A stretch of 64,000 bases of DNA from Camelus ferus (lineage: Eukaryota). The stretch covers positions 114,144,001 to 114,208,000 of the forward strand of contig NC_045696.1 in the NCBI RefSeq assembly GCF_009834535.1, written 5' to 3'. Shown here piece by piece: positions 37,101 through 50,710 of this stretch (position 1 is its first letter; each line of letters opens with the position of its first letter). The notes beneath the pieces were generated by a model, which saw nothing but the letters and a program-made list of their open reading frames with translations, had not been told where the DNA came from and made no database searches. The translations under genes and the position numbers were made by a program.

Positions 37101-40100
37101 AAACTTATGGTTACCAGTGGGGAAAGGGAGTAGGAAGGGATAAATTGGGAGTTCAAGATTTACAGATACTGACTATTACATATGAAATAGATACATAACA
37201 AGTTTCTGCTGAATAGCACAGGGAACTATATTCAATATCTTGTAGTAACCTATAATGAAAAAGAGTAGTAAAAGGAATATATGTATGTATGACTAAAACA
37301 TCATGCTGTACACCAGGAATTGACACAATGTGGTAAACTGATTATACTTCAATTAAAAAAAGAAAAAAATAGGGAAATATGAAAAAGAACAAAGAAACCC
37401 AAAGTTATTTAAAAAAAGAAATAAAGAACAGAGCAGAAATAAATGAAATAGAGACTACAAAAGCAATAGAAAATATCAGTGAAACTACGAGCTTGTTCTT
37501 TGAAACAATAAACAAAACTGATAAATATTTGGCCAAATTCATCAAGAAAAAAATACAGAAGACCCAAATAAAATCATAAATGAAAAAGAAGTACAACAAA
37601 CAGCACAGAAATACAAAGGATCATCAGAAATTTCTATGAACAATTATACACCAATAAAACAGACATCTTAAAAGAAATGGATAAATTACTATAAATGTAC
37701 AATCTCTCAGAGCTGAAGCAGGAAGAAAGAAAATATGAGCAGACTAATTACCACTAATGAAATTGAATTAATAATAAAAAAAATCTCCCAACAAACAAAA
37801 GTCCAAGACCAGATGGCTTCACAGGTAAATTCTACCAGACATCTAAAGAAAAGTTAACACTTATCCCTCTCAAACTATTCCAAGAGATTGAAGAGGAAGG
37901 AATGCTCATTCTACAAGGTCAGCATTACTTTGATACCAAAACCAGACAAGGACACCATGAAAAAAGAAAATTACAGGCCAATACTACTGATATACATAGA
38001 TGCAAACAGTCCCAACAAAATATAAGCACACTGAACTTAATAATACATAAAAAGGGTCATACACCACCATCAAATAGGTTTTATCCCAGAGATGCAGGGA
38101 TGTTTCAATGTTCACAAATCAATCAGTGTGATACATGACATTATCAAATTAAAGAATAAAAATCACATTATCATCTCAACAGAGGCAGAAAAAGCTGTTG
38201 ATAAAATTCAACATATATTTATAATAAAAACTCTCCACAAAGTGGGTATAGAAGAGAACATAGCTCAATGTAATGAAGGCCTTATCTGACAAGCCCACAG
38301 CCAGCATCATATTCAACAGAAAGCATTTCTTCTAAGATCATGAATAAGACAAGGATGCCTACGCTCACCACTTTTTTTCAACATAGTATTGGAAGTCCTA
38401 GCCACAGCAATCAGACAAGAAGAAGAAATGAAAGGAATCCAAGTTGGGAAGGGAGAAATAAAACAATTACTGTTTGCAGATGACATTATACCATATATAA
38501 AGAATCCTGAAGATGCCACCAAAAAACCCTTATAACTAATAAATGAATTCAGCAAAGTTGAAGGATTAAATTTAATATACATACATTTGTTGCATTTCCT
38601 TCAATAACAACAAACTATCAGAAAAAGAAATTAACAATCCCATTTACAATTTCATCAAACAGAATAAAATACTTAGGGATAAATCTAACCAAGGAGAAAA
38701 AAATACTTGTGCTTGGAGAAGTATGAGACATTGAGGAACAAGATTAAAGATGACACAAGCAGAGGTATACAATGCTCATGGATTGGAAGAATTAATAATT
38801 TTAAAATGACCATACTCCCCAAGGCAATCTACAGATTCAGTGCAATCCCTAGTAAAAGACCAAAGGCATTTTTCACAGAACTGGAACACATAATTCTTAA
38901 CTTTTTATGGAAATACAAAAGACCCAGAATAGCCAAAACCATCTTGAGAAAGAAAGACAAATCTAGAGGTATCACACTTCTTGATTTCAATCTATACTGT
39001 AAAGCTACAGCCATCAAAACAGTATGGTGCAGGGACAAAAATAGACACATAGATCAACGTAACAGAATAGAGAGTCAAAATAAACCCCTGCTTATGTGGT
39101 CAGTTAATCTATGACAAAGATGCAAGAATTTACAATGGGGAAGAGACAACCTCTTCAATAAATGGTGCTGGGAAAACTGAACAGCTACATGCAAAAGAAT
39201 CAAACTGGACTACTTCCTCACACCGTATACAAAAATAAATTCAAAATGGATTAAAGACTTCAGTGTAAGACCTGATATCATAAAATTCCTAGAAGAAAAC
39301 ATAAGCAATATACTCTTTGACATTGGTTTTAGCAATATTTTCTAGGACATGTCTCCTCAGGCAATGGGAACAAAAGCAAAAATAAACAAATGGGACTATA
39401 TCAAACTAAAAGCTTTTGCACAGCAAAGGAAACTAACAACAGACCAAAAAAGCAGCATACTGAATGGGAGAAGGTATTTGGAAATGATATATCTGATAAA
39501 GGGTTAATATCCAAAATAAAGAAATCATACAATTGAACATTAAAAAAGACAATCAACCAGATTAAATAATGGGCAGAGGACCTGAATAGACCTTGTTCCA
39601 AGAAAGACATACAGATGGCCAACAGATATATAAAAAGAAGCTCAGTGTCACTAGTCATCAGAGACATGCAAATCAAAACCACAATGAAATGTCACCTCAC
39701 ACCTGTCAGAATGTCATCATCAAACAGACAACAAACAAGTGTTGGATAGGATGTGAAGAAGAAGGTAACTGTGTGCACAGCTGATGGGATCGTGTAAATT
39801 GGTGCAGCAACTAAGGAAAATAGTATAAAGTTTCAGCCAAAAGTTAAGAAGAGAACTATCATATGATCCAGCAATTTCACTTCTGGGTATTTATTAAAAG
39901 AAAAGAAAAACACTAATTTAAAAAGATATATGCCCCCTTATGTTCACTGCAGCTCTATTTACAATAGCCAAGATGTGGAAGCAACCCAAGTGTCTATCAA
40001 CAGATGACTGGGTAAAGAAGATATGGTGTGTATATACAGCGGAATATTACTTGGCTGTAAAAAATGATATCTTGCCATTTATGGCAACGTTAATGGGTCT

Positions 40101-40488
40101 AGAGGATTTGTGCTAAGTGAAATAAGTCAGACAGAGAAAGACAAATATTGCATGATCTCACTTACATGTGAAATCTAAAAAACAAAACAACCAAAACAAA
40201 ATGAAAACAGACCCGTAGATACAGAGAACAAACAGGTTATTGCCAGAAGGGTAGGGGGTAGAAATAAGTGATGGAGATTAAGAGGCATAAACCTCCAGTT
40301 ATAAAATAAATAAATTACAGTGTATAACATACAGCATAAGGAATATGGTTGAAAACATTGTAATAACTTTGTATGTGAATGGATAGTTACTAGATTTAGC
40401 ACGGTGATCAGTTCATAATTTCTGTTATCAAATCATTGTGTAGTACACCTGAACTATTATAGTACTGTAGGTGAGCTATAGTTCAACA
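34109..40488 (+). mobile_element. Full-length decayed L1 (old L1MA-type; 5'UTR, ORF1, ORF2, 3'UTR)
   Basis: 5'UTR from 34109; ORF1 remnant ~34935-35808; ORF2 ATG at 36288 with NGLN EN motif; RQGC at ~38347; FADD at 38473; many stops and frameshifts; degenerate 13-bp TSD 34096-34108 / 40489-40501. Confidence 0.95.
37009..37369 (+). mobile_element. Younger L1 3' end nested in ORF2 of the full-length L1
   Basis: 3'UTR similar to 26790-27128 ending in poly-A, embedded just after the EN domain. Confidence 0.9.
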
Positions 40489-40501
40489 AAAATGCATGTC
40501 A

Positions 40502-40655
40502 AATTTTGGAGACATAGTTAGAAAAAAGGATTGAGAATGTCTTATTAACTTTAAAAAAATTATTACATTAAATGGTAATGTGTTGGATATACGGAGTTAA
40601 ATTAAATACACTATTAACATTTTTTATTGTGGCTATAATATTTCCATTGAACAGC
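40502..40655 (-). mobile_element. MER33 hAT-Charlie, right part
   Basis: ATTTTGGAGACATAGT...TTGGATATACGGAGTTAAAT...TATTTCCATTGAACAGC resumes the MER33 consensus. Confidence 0.7.
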
Positions 40656-43600
40656 CTTTGCATATAATTTGTAGAATCCACCTCTTACCCTATTAAAAAG
40701 TTCTTTTGGTACTTCTCTTGTTTTCTATAATTTCTTACAGATTATTAATCAGTAATGCTATTAATAAGGGATGTTTCCAAACCAAGGTTGTGTTTTTGTA
40801 GGGGTCTAGAGAAGCAGTAGCTTGTGCAATTTGTCTATGTGAATATTAAAATGACCATCTGTATTTGTTAATGCCCGATTTGTAGGACATCAGATTTGTA
40901 ATTTGGACTGTAACTGCTCAAAGGCTTCTACTCAATGCCTTACTAGGTATTTTAGGATAAATGTAATAGGCTAACAGTCTTATAAATGTTAATCTTCTGG
41001 TATATTTTATTACATGTACTTTCCATGCTATAATTGAATATCACAAGTGTAGTGCCTAAGGATTAACTTTGGTCCTTTCTTCTTTGTTCACTGCTATTAC
41101 CAATTACATGTTGTGATTTGGTGGGCTAAATTAAATTTGTTGCAGGATTTGGCCCTGCTCCTTTTTCTGGAATTTCCTTACGGCTTTCTTGCCCAAGGTA
41201 TTTCATCATCAAATTGTCTCAATTAAGCCCTCCTGCACATGACACTGGGTGCACACCATTTACAGTACAAGTCAAATAGCTGTGGATTCTACTCTGTTCT
41301 ATAAAAAGATAAGGTTCTGGCTCGGAGTCACATTCCTTCTGTTGGAATTTGGTTCTGGCTGGATTGAAATATTGTTAAAGAATAGCTTGGTAAGAAGTTG
41401 CTTGAGGGGTAAGAGTTGAGTGAGCTCATACTTGAAAGGAATGCGATTTGAGAAGGAGGGAGGATGGGGGTGGGGGTAAGGAGTCACTATCACGCTGAGC
41501 AGGGAAGGAAGGGAACAGATTTTAAAGCTTCAAAAAAGCAATGGTTTCAAACCAACAAATTGTAATTACTTGTCGTGATTCCATCCTATCTAAATAGAAG
41601 GTTTCTGGTTTTAGTTGTGAGTCAACGTGCCTGAGAATAGTACAATATGTTACTTAACATTTTTGGTGATCAATTTACTGTTCTAGAAAATCCAGCAAAC
41701 ATACTATCCAGGATTTTGAAATATTGAAGGACTATTTATTCCCAAGCATGATTCTAAAGATGACTCCCAATGTTCTCTCAACAGACACAATATTTAATTG
41801 ACCCCAAGAGGAAGATTCAGAGGTGAGTTTCACATGTCATGGGCTTATTAATGTGCCTTCTTTTCAGCCTGTACATTCCATTTTCTGGGAAATTTTGTTT
41901 CCAAGATATTCAAAATGTAAACTAAATTTAGAGAAACAATGCTTTTGAAGGCTTTATTTTGATAAGAGAGGAATTAATGAAAAGTTAATTAAAGATGTGC
42001 TTGTACCTGAATTGCTGCTTTAGTATTAACATTGTTCAAAAGTAGAAGTAAGCAGAGAGCTGGGACAATCAAAGTAAATCAGGGATTTCCAGCTAAAGTC
42101 CCTGGACTATTTTGTAGCCTTCCAGGGAGTTGAGAAGAGCAAACCTCTAGTCTGTTTCACGTCCCTCGTGAATCTTTACGCCAGAGAAGTTCATTGCAAA
42201 GCCGATCTAAGCCCATTCAACAATTGGTAGCCACTGTGACAACATTCTAAAGGTGGTGACAATCTCACACTGGATCGGGGCCCTCTGCCACAGTCATGTC
42301 CAGTCTGGTGGTGTTATGTTAAACACACATCTTTAAAAAATTACTGTTCACAGCTCTCACTGCTCATAAAATTAAGATTACTCTGTTAACATTTTATGAC
42401 TCAGAGAGGTGGGTTATCACAGGCAGAAAGTGTGAAAGCAAATACACTGTAGCTTGGATTTTTTTTTTTTTTTTTTGCTGACCAATTTAAAGTATAATAT
42501 TAACAGCAAAGATCATCATGGTAGTCACTTTTGAAAATTATGAAGAATAAGAAAGCTGATATTCATGCTAAGCTTAGAATACAGTTGGCCGGCCTGGGAC
42601 TGATAAGCCAGGGGGAAGTTGTGGCCTTGGTGTGTGGCCAGCAGGGGCTGAATGTGTTTCATTCATTGCTACCTTCCAACAGCAATACAGACTGACACAG
42701 AGAACCCCCTCGTAAATGCCTGCGGGATGTATGAAGTGTGGAACAGTAGGACTCAGTTGTCTGAGTACATGGCCAGCTCAGCAGGGAAAGTACTAGACGT
42801 GGAATCGGACGTGAGTCAGGAAAGGGAGCAGGAGAAAGCTGATGGGGCTGTGGGGACGGGAACACAGGGAGAAGTTGCTGAGGCTTTCTGGTACGTTCTG
42901 CATCTTGCGAACTGCACGAGTGCTTCTCTGGGAGGTATCAGAGGGGATGCACGGAGAGACTCATCAGGGAAAAGGCACATTGGAACCATGCAGATTAAGG
43001 AAAACTTTAAGTCCTGGCTGTATTTATGGTAAGCAGAAAGCACATTTTTGAAGACGGCAAAAGGAACTAGGAAGAATGAAGTAAATACAAATCTACCGAA
43101 AACACTGAAAAAACGCTAAGTTAATTTGTGAAGAAAATATTTAACACTGAGCCTTAAAAAGGGAACGCAAATTAAGATAATTGCATTGGCAGTATTTATT
43201 CTAATGTTTTCCCTTTTAAAACATAAAATGACATTTGGGCCATCACATTTAGTGCAAGATGCTAACGACGGAGGTGTAATGAGAGGGCCAAGGGGACGAG
43301 ACTAAGTGAGCATCTTTTGTGCCAGGAGTTAGGACAAAGGCTTTGCAGGGAAGATTTCCTCCGAGCCTCACAGTACACCATTCATGTTTTTGAGGAGCTC
43401 GCAATGCCTCATAGAGAAAGTGCGAGAAAGCTTTTTTGTTTTTTCCTTACAAGAATTTAATAAGTAACACAAATACATGCTTATTTTGTTTCAAACACCA
43501 AAGAATTTATCTTCCATCCTTGTCTCTTTCCATCATCTCACTGTCCTTCACATATGGGATCTCTATGAGCAATTTGATATGTCTTTCCAATTCTTTTTAT

Positions 43601-44869
43601 TTGCATATATGTATATATTTAACTTTTTAAATATAAAGGTAATCATTGAGGCTCACAATTAATTGGAACATGAATATAAAAAGATTTCATTTTTTAAAAA
43701 TGACTTTCCCCCCTGCTGTGATATTTTTAAACTTCCCTTTTTCATTAGGTGGGTGGGTTCCTTAATGAAATCTCAGCTCCGTTCTGTCACATTCCTGCTC
43801 CTTTCAGTCATTGGGATGGTTTCATTTCAGTATTCAGGATTCTATTTGTTTGAAAACTTCAGTCTTAAATGCAGTTCAGAGCAGGTCTCCTCCCCAAGCC
43901 CAGGGAAAGGCAGACCTGCGGGTGACTCCAGCTGCTGGTCCGGGTGGGTGTGGGGGTGGGGAGCTGGCCTACAGCCTTTCTTCCGCAGCCATGTCTGCTC
44001 TTGTAACCTTTGTGAGCTCCATGGTGTTGAAAGCATCGTCATGCTCCTCCTAAGGGTGGCTCATTTCCACTCAGTGTGGTAAACACGTGTAGCCCTTTGC
44101 TATGTTTGGATACCTCTTCCAGCCAAGCATGGCATCCATTCTCATTCTTTGATAGGACACACCTTTGTCTCGTAAAATACCTGATTCTGGTGGTTCTAAG
44201 AATTCTTCCAGGCTCAACTTGCCAAAACTGTTGCTAAGGCTGCAGACACCTGGGGGATCTCATCTTCTGTGTCTGTCAGAAATCAAGAACCCGAAGGGAT
44301 GGGGGCCGAACTGACTTTCTTTCCACTAGTGCTCCTCCCATCCCCCAGCTGCCATCTCTCTCCAAAAGTCTCTTCTGGTAAGTAGGGACCACGGAGTGAT
44401 CATCAGGTCTGCTGGTCAACCAACTATCCGGACAGTGAATAAAATGCCAACCCCTGCTTCTTGTAGCCACCCCCCAATCTTTACAAGTAGTTCTTTTGGA
44501 GCCTCATTAGAGATCATCTACCTGGTTTTGGAGAGGGGAGGTGACCTTCTCTGTCTCTCTCCTGCACGGCAGAGAGAACAGATTCTTCCCCTAAGTTGCT
44601 ATTCTAAAGCGGGTCACCTTCCCCTTTTTGGTTCTCTTTTTGTACTGACTAGAGGAGGGCCATGTGGTGGGGGTGCAGGAGGTCCAGTTCTGCATTTTTG
44701 CATCTCTCTGTGAGATCTGTGGGGGCGTTCTCAGCATTGGCTGCTTTCTGCACGTCGAACATGGAGAGCTTAGTGCCTTCTGTCTTCAGCTCTGATCCTT
44801 AGCTGCAGCTTTGCACCGGAAGAAAAACCAATTTGACATCTTTTAAAAAAAATATCCCTAGACACCAGA

Positions 44870-45380
44870 ACTTGCTCCTTGTGCTGGCTGTTTTCTATTT
44901 GTCCCACTGCCCAAGTCCTCTTCTGCACTGTTCCCTGTTCTACACTGTGCCCTGGGAAGCCAATTGCTATGGATGGTACAACCTTGGCTCCCTGGTCTTC
45001 TTGCTTAGTCTTGGTCGTCTTGGTTAGTTTTGGCTAATGGAAAGCACTGGTTGGAGACTAGAAAGTGGTAGAGAAGGAAGTTGGGATATTTATAACCCTG
45101 ACCCTCCCTCCCAATCCATGTTCTTCTGTGGCCAAAGCTCCCACCAGGTGCCCTTCCCTCCAGCCCTAGTGGTTCCTTCTGCATGCTCCTTCAGCTCAGT
45201 GCTGGTAAAGCACCCACTCTGGCTAATCTCAGGATGTATTACCATCATGTGTTGGTTCTCTTGATCCCTTGCGGTTTCTTTAACCTGCCCACACCTCTGA
45301 AAAGCATCCCTTCATGAAGATAATTTTAGTTTCATCCTTTGAGTGGGCTGTCTGCTTTCTGTTGTGACTGTGACAAACAT
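44870..45380 (+). mobile_element. ERVL solo LTR (LTR33/40/41 group)
   Basis: TTTTGGCTAATGGAAAGCACTGG, AACCTGCCCACACCTCTG and CTTTGAGTGGGCTGTCTGCTTTCTG motifs; subfamily uncertain. Confidence 0.6.
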
Positions 45381-45461
45381 GCATCCTTTTTCCATTAGCA
45401 AAACATCTTGAGGTCTTCCATGTCATCACATATATATTTACTTACATGAAGATGCATCACT

Positions 45462-45820
45462 GAATCATGAGGAAACATCAGATGTAACCCAAATTGAGAG
45501 GCAGTCTACAAAATACCTGGCTTGGACCCTTAAAGATCATGAAAGACAAAGGAAGACCAAGGGACTCTCCCAGGTTAAAGGAAACACAGGTAAATGCAAT
45601 GCTCAGTTCTGGACCAGAAAGAAAAGTGTTTTTAAATTTTGGTATAAGTGACAGATGTGTTTGTGCATGTGTGCACATGTGTATGTGTACAGAGAGACAT
45701 AGAGACAGGATAAAGCAATTGTGATAGAATGTTGACATTTGGGGATTCTGGGTAAGGGTATATCGAAATTGCACTATTTTTGCAACTTTTCTGTAAATCT
45801 GCAGTTATTTCAAAGTAAAG
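45462..45820 (+). mobile_element. L1MC-type 3'UTR fragment
   Basis: ATCATGAGGAAACATCAGA..CCCAAATTGAG...CTATTTTTGCAACTTTTCTGTAAATCTG. Confidence 0.8.
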
Positions 45821-47257
45821 TGACTGTACAGTGTACAGGACCTCTGCCTTGCTGCTGGCCATTTCCAGTCCCTTGCTTCCTTCCATGAACATGTATAATC
45901 AAGAACTGATAGTTATAATTCTTTGAAAGATCATCAAGTGATCTGACATCAAGGTTGAATCTAGAAATGTTATAAAATTGCCGTACAGGGTAACGACCAC
46001 ATTTATGTTTGCTTTTTGGAACCACCACGACTGTTAAAGCTGGAAAGAAAGTTATAGACCATTTGGTCCACTCTATTCTTTTGTAGAAGTGGAAACTGAC
46101 TGGCAGAGCTTGATGTATGAGCTGAAATCGTAGAGCTGTTAACTGGCAAAACAATGGCTAAGCACTGGCTTTCTGACTTTTTAAAGTGTTCTTTCCTGCT
46201 TCATATCTGTGCCATCTTCAGTAATGGCCTACAGGTTATACTGTAGAACAAATCATGCTATCAGTTAAGCTTCAAGTTTAGAGGTGAGGATTTAGAGTAG
46301 GATGGCTGGAATAAAAAAGTATTTCAAGTATATAATGAAAAATTTGATAGTGCTATCAGTGTAAGTGATTGATACTAAGCCCCTAACCAGGAGATGCAAC
46401 TAGCAAATTGGGTACTCCTCTTTGGATTGCTGGAAACTGCATCAAAAGGTATAGTAATGCCGTGAGCATCACAAATATATAATGTGTCCTCAGAAAAGTT
46501 TTGCCCAAGCGATAATTATAGCATGCTTTGTATACACAATGTCAAATATCACTGTGTTTGGGAGTGACTAGATTGTCTTAGGTAGTTTGTGTAGCTGAAG
46601 TTTGGGTGATTCAGTTCCTAAAATCCTCTTGATAGAATTTCAAGTTAGGCATAGTTCGAACTAAGATGACATCATTTAGCTTTGTAATGGAAGTAAACAA
46701 TTTCTTCAGTGTTTTTACCATAATGAGGAAAGATAATGTGTTATACAAGCATTAGCACGGGCCCCTCTCATCCTCGCCCAATCAGCCACGTTTGCTTTCG
46801 AGATGAACTTTTGTGTTCAGTTGTATGTAGGGGGGGTGCAACATTCTGGAAGCTCAGAAAGCTTCATATGCCATCCTTAAGTTTGAATGCCACCAGATCA
46901 TACCTGTATCTTCTTCACAGCTCTGGTGGGCTTACTCGCAGAGCATACTAGGATTTGAAAAACATAGGGGTATGGGGGAAATTTTATAGCAGGGTGGGGT
47001 TACCTTGGCTGTGGGTCTGAACACCAAGGGAAAGAGGATGGCAGCCAGGGAAAAGTGCCAAGAATCCTGGGATTTGACCTTGATTTGGAATGGTGTGCTT
47101 ATCTAAGGCGAGCCATCTGCTTAGTGGGAGGCTGCAACGGGAATTTCTGTCAATGGAGATACCATGAGTTTTGTGGCTCCAAGTCTTCAGCTAGTGTTTG
47201 TAAGAGCTAAAGAGAATTAGTCATCCATGACAGGACAGGAGGCCAGGTACCAACTGA

Positions 47258-48095
47258 GTGGCTCTCAACCCTGACACCATGTTTTCTCTATTTAAAACAA
47301 ATATTTTTTATGCCCACTTAACATTCATTGATAAAATAATCTACAAAGACAATTTAAAAAAATCGGTATGCCCTAGCTATGAAATAGAAAAGAAATTAAA
47401 AATTAACTGATAATATTTATTTTAATATATAATGCTTGTGTACAACTACACTGGAACAGTGCTTCCCAAAATAGTGCAGGAGAGTGCGTCCTCAACTGGA
47501 CTGCATGCAAATCTCCTGGGATCTTTTTAAAAAGCAGATTCTGGTTCAGTAGGTATTGAATAGGCCTTGAGAGCTTGTATTTCTGACAAGCTTCCTGGTG
47601 ATGCTGGGGCTACTGGTACCCGCCATATGCTTTGGATAGCTTGGCCCTGGGAGGTATAACCCGAGGAGAGGTGATAGCCACAAACGTAGCCTGACACAGG
47701 CATGTCGAATTGGCCATTGAGTTACTGGGAGTGATGATGCCATTTTTAATATGACTATTCAGGAAATTCACGAACCAATTCTTGGTTTAAAACCTGATCC
47801 ACTTCCCTTGACTTGCATAGTGAGCTGCAATCCTGCAAAAATGCTCTGTGTTCATCTGTGAAACAAGGTTTATTTCTAGGCTCAGATAATTATAGACGTA
47901 TTTTTTCACCTACAGGAATGCCTAGTGGGATACTTAAAATTTTCGTGGCCATTCTTTGTAGGCAGAATTCTCCCATGGTTTGCAGAACGTTATTATCCTT
48001 AGCCCCTGCGCACTAAATATCAATAGCACACCCAATCCTGTGACAACACCAAATCGCCTCCACCAAGTTCCCAAGTCCTCTGGGGCCCAGAATGG
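47258..48095. mobile_element. MER20B-like hAT-Charlie element interrupted by a MER5-family MITE
   Basis: GTGGCTCTCAACCCT start; ACAACTACACTGGAA; MER20-like end TGTGACAACACCAAATCGCCTCC. Confidence 0.65.
47457..47641. mobile_element. MER5B-like MITE
   Basis: CAGTGCTTCCCAAA...GCAGATTCTGGTTCAGTAGGT...CTGACAAGCTTCCTGGTGATGCTG. Confidence 0.8.
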
Positions 48096-48329
48096 GTGTG
48101 TATTAAGACACAGGCTGGTCTCGGTCTGCTAATTAGGAAGCTCAGTAGAAACGCATTGTAAGGGTTGGGGGAACACATCAAGGGTTAGGGCCCCCGCTGC
48201 TTGGTAAGCCTGGGCTCACTCTGATGTGCTGGTCTGTTTGCTTATGACAGAAATACTACTTCAAAGTCTGTTGGAAGAGAAATGGGCTGGAATAGAGCAT
48301 GCCTCTATTTCACAATGTGAAAGCATCTA

Positions 48330-48462
48330 CAAATCACTTGGGGAATCGTGTTAAATTGCAAGTACTGAAGCAGCAGGTCTGGAGTGGGACCTGAGATTCT
48401 GCATTTCCAGCAAACATTTCCAGCAGCAGTGCTTGCTGCCGGGGTGCAGTTTGCTCCACAAG
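48330..48462. mobile_element. MER5A-like MITE fragment
   Basis: AATCACTTGGGGA..GTTAAATTGCA...GGTCTGGAGTGGGACCTGAGATTCTGCATTTC. Confidence 0.75.
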
Positions 48463-48627
48463 CCCTGAACAGCAAGAGAGGTAGTACCTAACTTGGTGGG
48501 ACTGGGGCTGAAGGTGGAAGACATCAGTGCCCAGGACTGAGATGAGCTGAGGGCAGCCAGGGTGGACAATGATCATCTTATCTCTCCTTCCCCTCTGTGA
48601 GAATTCTTTTTTTTTCTCACTCCTTTT

Positions 48628-48752
48628 GTTTTGGAGGGGTGGGGAGGTAATTAATTTTAATTAATTAATTTTGATTGGAGGTACTGGGGATTGAACCCAG
48701 GACCCTGTGCTTGCTAAGCACGCACTCTACCGCTGAGCTATACCCTCCCCCC
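48628..48752 (-). mobile_element. Camelid tRNA-derived SINE (Vic-1 type)
   Basis: Reverse complement GGGGGAGGGTATAGCTCAGCGGTAGAG...GGGTTCAATCCCCAGTACCTCC; TSD TTTTCTCACTCCTTTT / TTTTCACACCCCTTTT. Confidence 0.93.
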
Positions 48753-50149
48753 TTTTCACACCCCTTTTTAACTCTCAGAGTGATGAAAGCCAGCAGAGTA
48801 CAGAAAGCTAGCTTGTTTGGAAAAGGGCTTCTGGTTCTTCTCTAGAATGGGGGAGCAATGGATAACATTTTATTTAAAGCTCATTTTAGGTCTAAAAATA
48901 CAGGGTAAATGGTACAGAGATTCCATTTATGTCATCAAAGGATTTAATTAGGCATAATTTGACATATTGTTAATGGATACTTGAAAGTCAGATTTCCTGA
49001 AAATAACATGCAATTCAAATAATCCTGACAATTGAGAATTTTCTCTCACAATCTGTTAAGGGGAAAAAAAATGTTATTTGGTTCTAGAGTCAAGAAGATC
49101 GATTACAACATTTATAAAATTTATAAAAATCCAGAACTTCTTGAGGTCAGGGGTGGCAAGCCGATACCTAGGGCACAAGATTTAAGGAGGTACTCACTCT
49201 CAGGGTTGGGCAGATATCTCACCTGCCTCACCCTGATTCTGACTCTCTCAGTGCCCGTAACAGATCTGCTTGGAGATGACGACTGTGCTGAGAAATACAC
49301 AGTGGGTGTACCATTTACCTGGATAAAGATAGCTTCCGTGTATCTTTGGTTGATTACCTGTTGTGTGGAACACTTTTCTTATCCGTATGTTTTATGGTTT
49401 GCCCAATAAACCCCATATAAAGCTATTCCAGATCTTTTCTTGAAGACATAGAGATGGAAAAACCTCAACAATCCCTTAAACAAATTTCTCCATCTCTGTA
49501 TCTAGCATTTCCTCTTGGCCCTCTCACAAATACAATGTTATTTTACCCCAGAATTTCATAGCTTGTATATCAATTATTTTGAAAGCCTACCTAAGGAAGC
49601 AAATCTCCAGGTTCAGTGAATAAAAATGGACAAAACAAACCCAAAACAGAATATAAAAGTCAAAACCACAAACCATTACCCCTTCCCTCACATGACTTGT
49701 CGTCATGATTAAGTTATGAAAAATCTGTTATTTTTGAACGTTAATGAGAGCCCCAAAGCCAAAACCAACACTTGAAGTCCTTCTGTTGGAAAAACCGTTT
49801 GGAACGCTAAGTAGCCGGATTTCAGTTGCTTTGTTTCAGACCCGCTGCATCAAAATCTTGATGCATGAAGAGTGGACCTTAAATGGGTAAAGCAGCAAAG
49901 GAGATGTTGGTGTTTGGACAGGACTCAGAACGAGAGCCCTAGAATGTGTCCATTTTCAGGATGCCAGAAAATGCCCACGTTGTCAAAACAATTTAAATTT
50001 AGCTCACTATGATAACTTACAGATGAATTACCAACCAAATTTTTCTCTTTCAATTCATGGAAAAATATCATAGTAGCAGTTACAAATTCCATCACCCTTA
50101 TGAACAACTCACTTGTTTTCACTTTCTCTCTTTCCAGCTCGTATGTCCT

Positions 50150-50212
50150 AGGCTTCAGGGGCACATGACCTTTGCAGTGGTACAGGGCCCCATGCTCTGA
50201 AGGGCCTCACAA
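50150..50212. mobile_element. MER53-like hAT fragment
   Basis: GGCTTCAGGGGCACATGACCTTTGCAGTGGTACAGGGCCCCATGCTCTGAAGGGCC. Confidence 0.55.
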
Positions 50213-50519
50213 ATTCCGCAGCTAGTTGTGTTTTTATGCATGTATATATCTGCATAAAATTTTAGATAGCTGTGAGTCTAGGGCTGATTTGAAGCTGTGT
50301 TCTTTTTTCACTCAGAAATATATGATAGGTGTTTTTCATGCCATTTTATGCTGTGGTAAAATCTTCATGATGATTAGTTGCAATGGGTATATAGTATTAA
50401 ATTAATTGTATTTATAATGAAGCTAACATTCCCCTACCTTATTTTTTTCCCATGTTAGGTTGCTTCTCATTGTTCACTAATATAGGCTCTATACCAATGA
50501 GAATGTTTGTGTATTCAAT

Positions 50520-50710
50520 TTTTTTTTTAAATTGAGATATAGTCAGTTACAATGTGTCAGTTTCTGGTGTACAGCACAATGTCCCAGTCATGCATTTATA
50601 TACATATGTTCATTTTCATATTCTCTTTCATTAAAGGTTATTGCAAGATATCGATTATAGCTCCCTGTGCTATACAGAGGAAATTTGTTTTTTAAATCTA
50701 TTTTTATATA
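50520..50710 (-). mobile_element. Short L1 3' end
   Basis: poly-T, TTGAGATATAGTCAGTTACAATG; TSD TTGTGTATTCA at 50507 and 50711. Confidence 0.9.

Noticed and set aside
9789..40402. ORFs with recognisable protein similarity (9789, 10016, 10359, 12688-13229, 20188, 38092, 38707 and others)
   Set aside because: All are fragments of L1 ORF2 broken by stops and frameshifts, not host genes.
42652..43032. 126-aa ORF ending near a GTAAGC donor-like site
   Set aside because: It starts in an L2-like 3' remnant, has no recognisable protein similarity and has no clear splice acceptor.
48676..48752. tRNA-Ala-like sequences (also at 24018-24091 and 60373-60435)
   Set aside because: They carry A-rich tails, two of the three have clear TSDs, and their stems are degenerate, so they are SINEs rather than tRNA genes.
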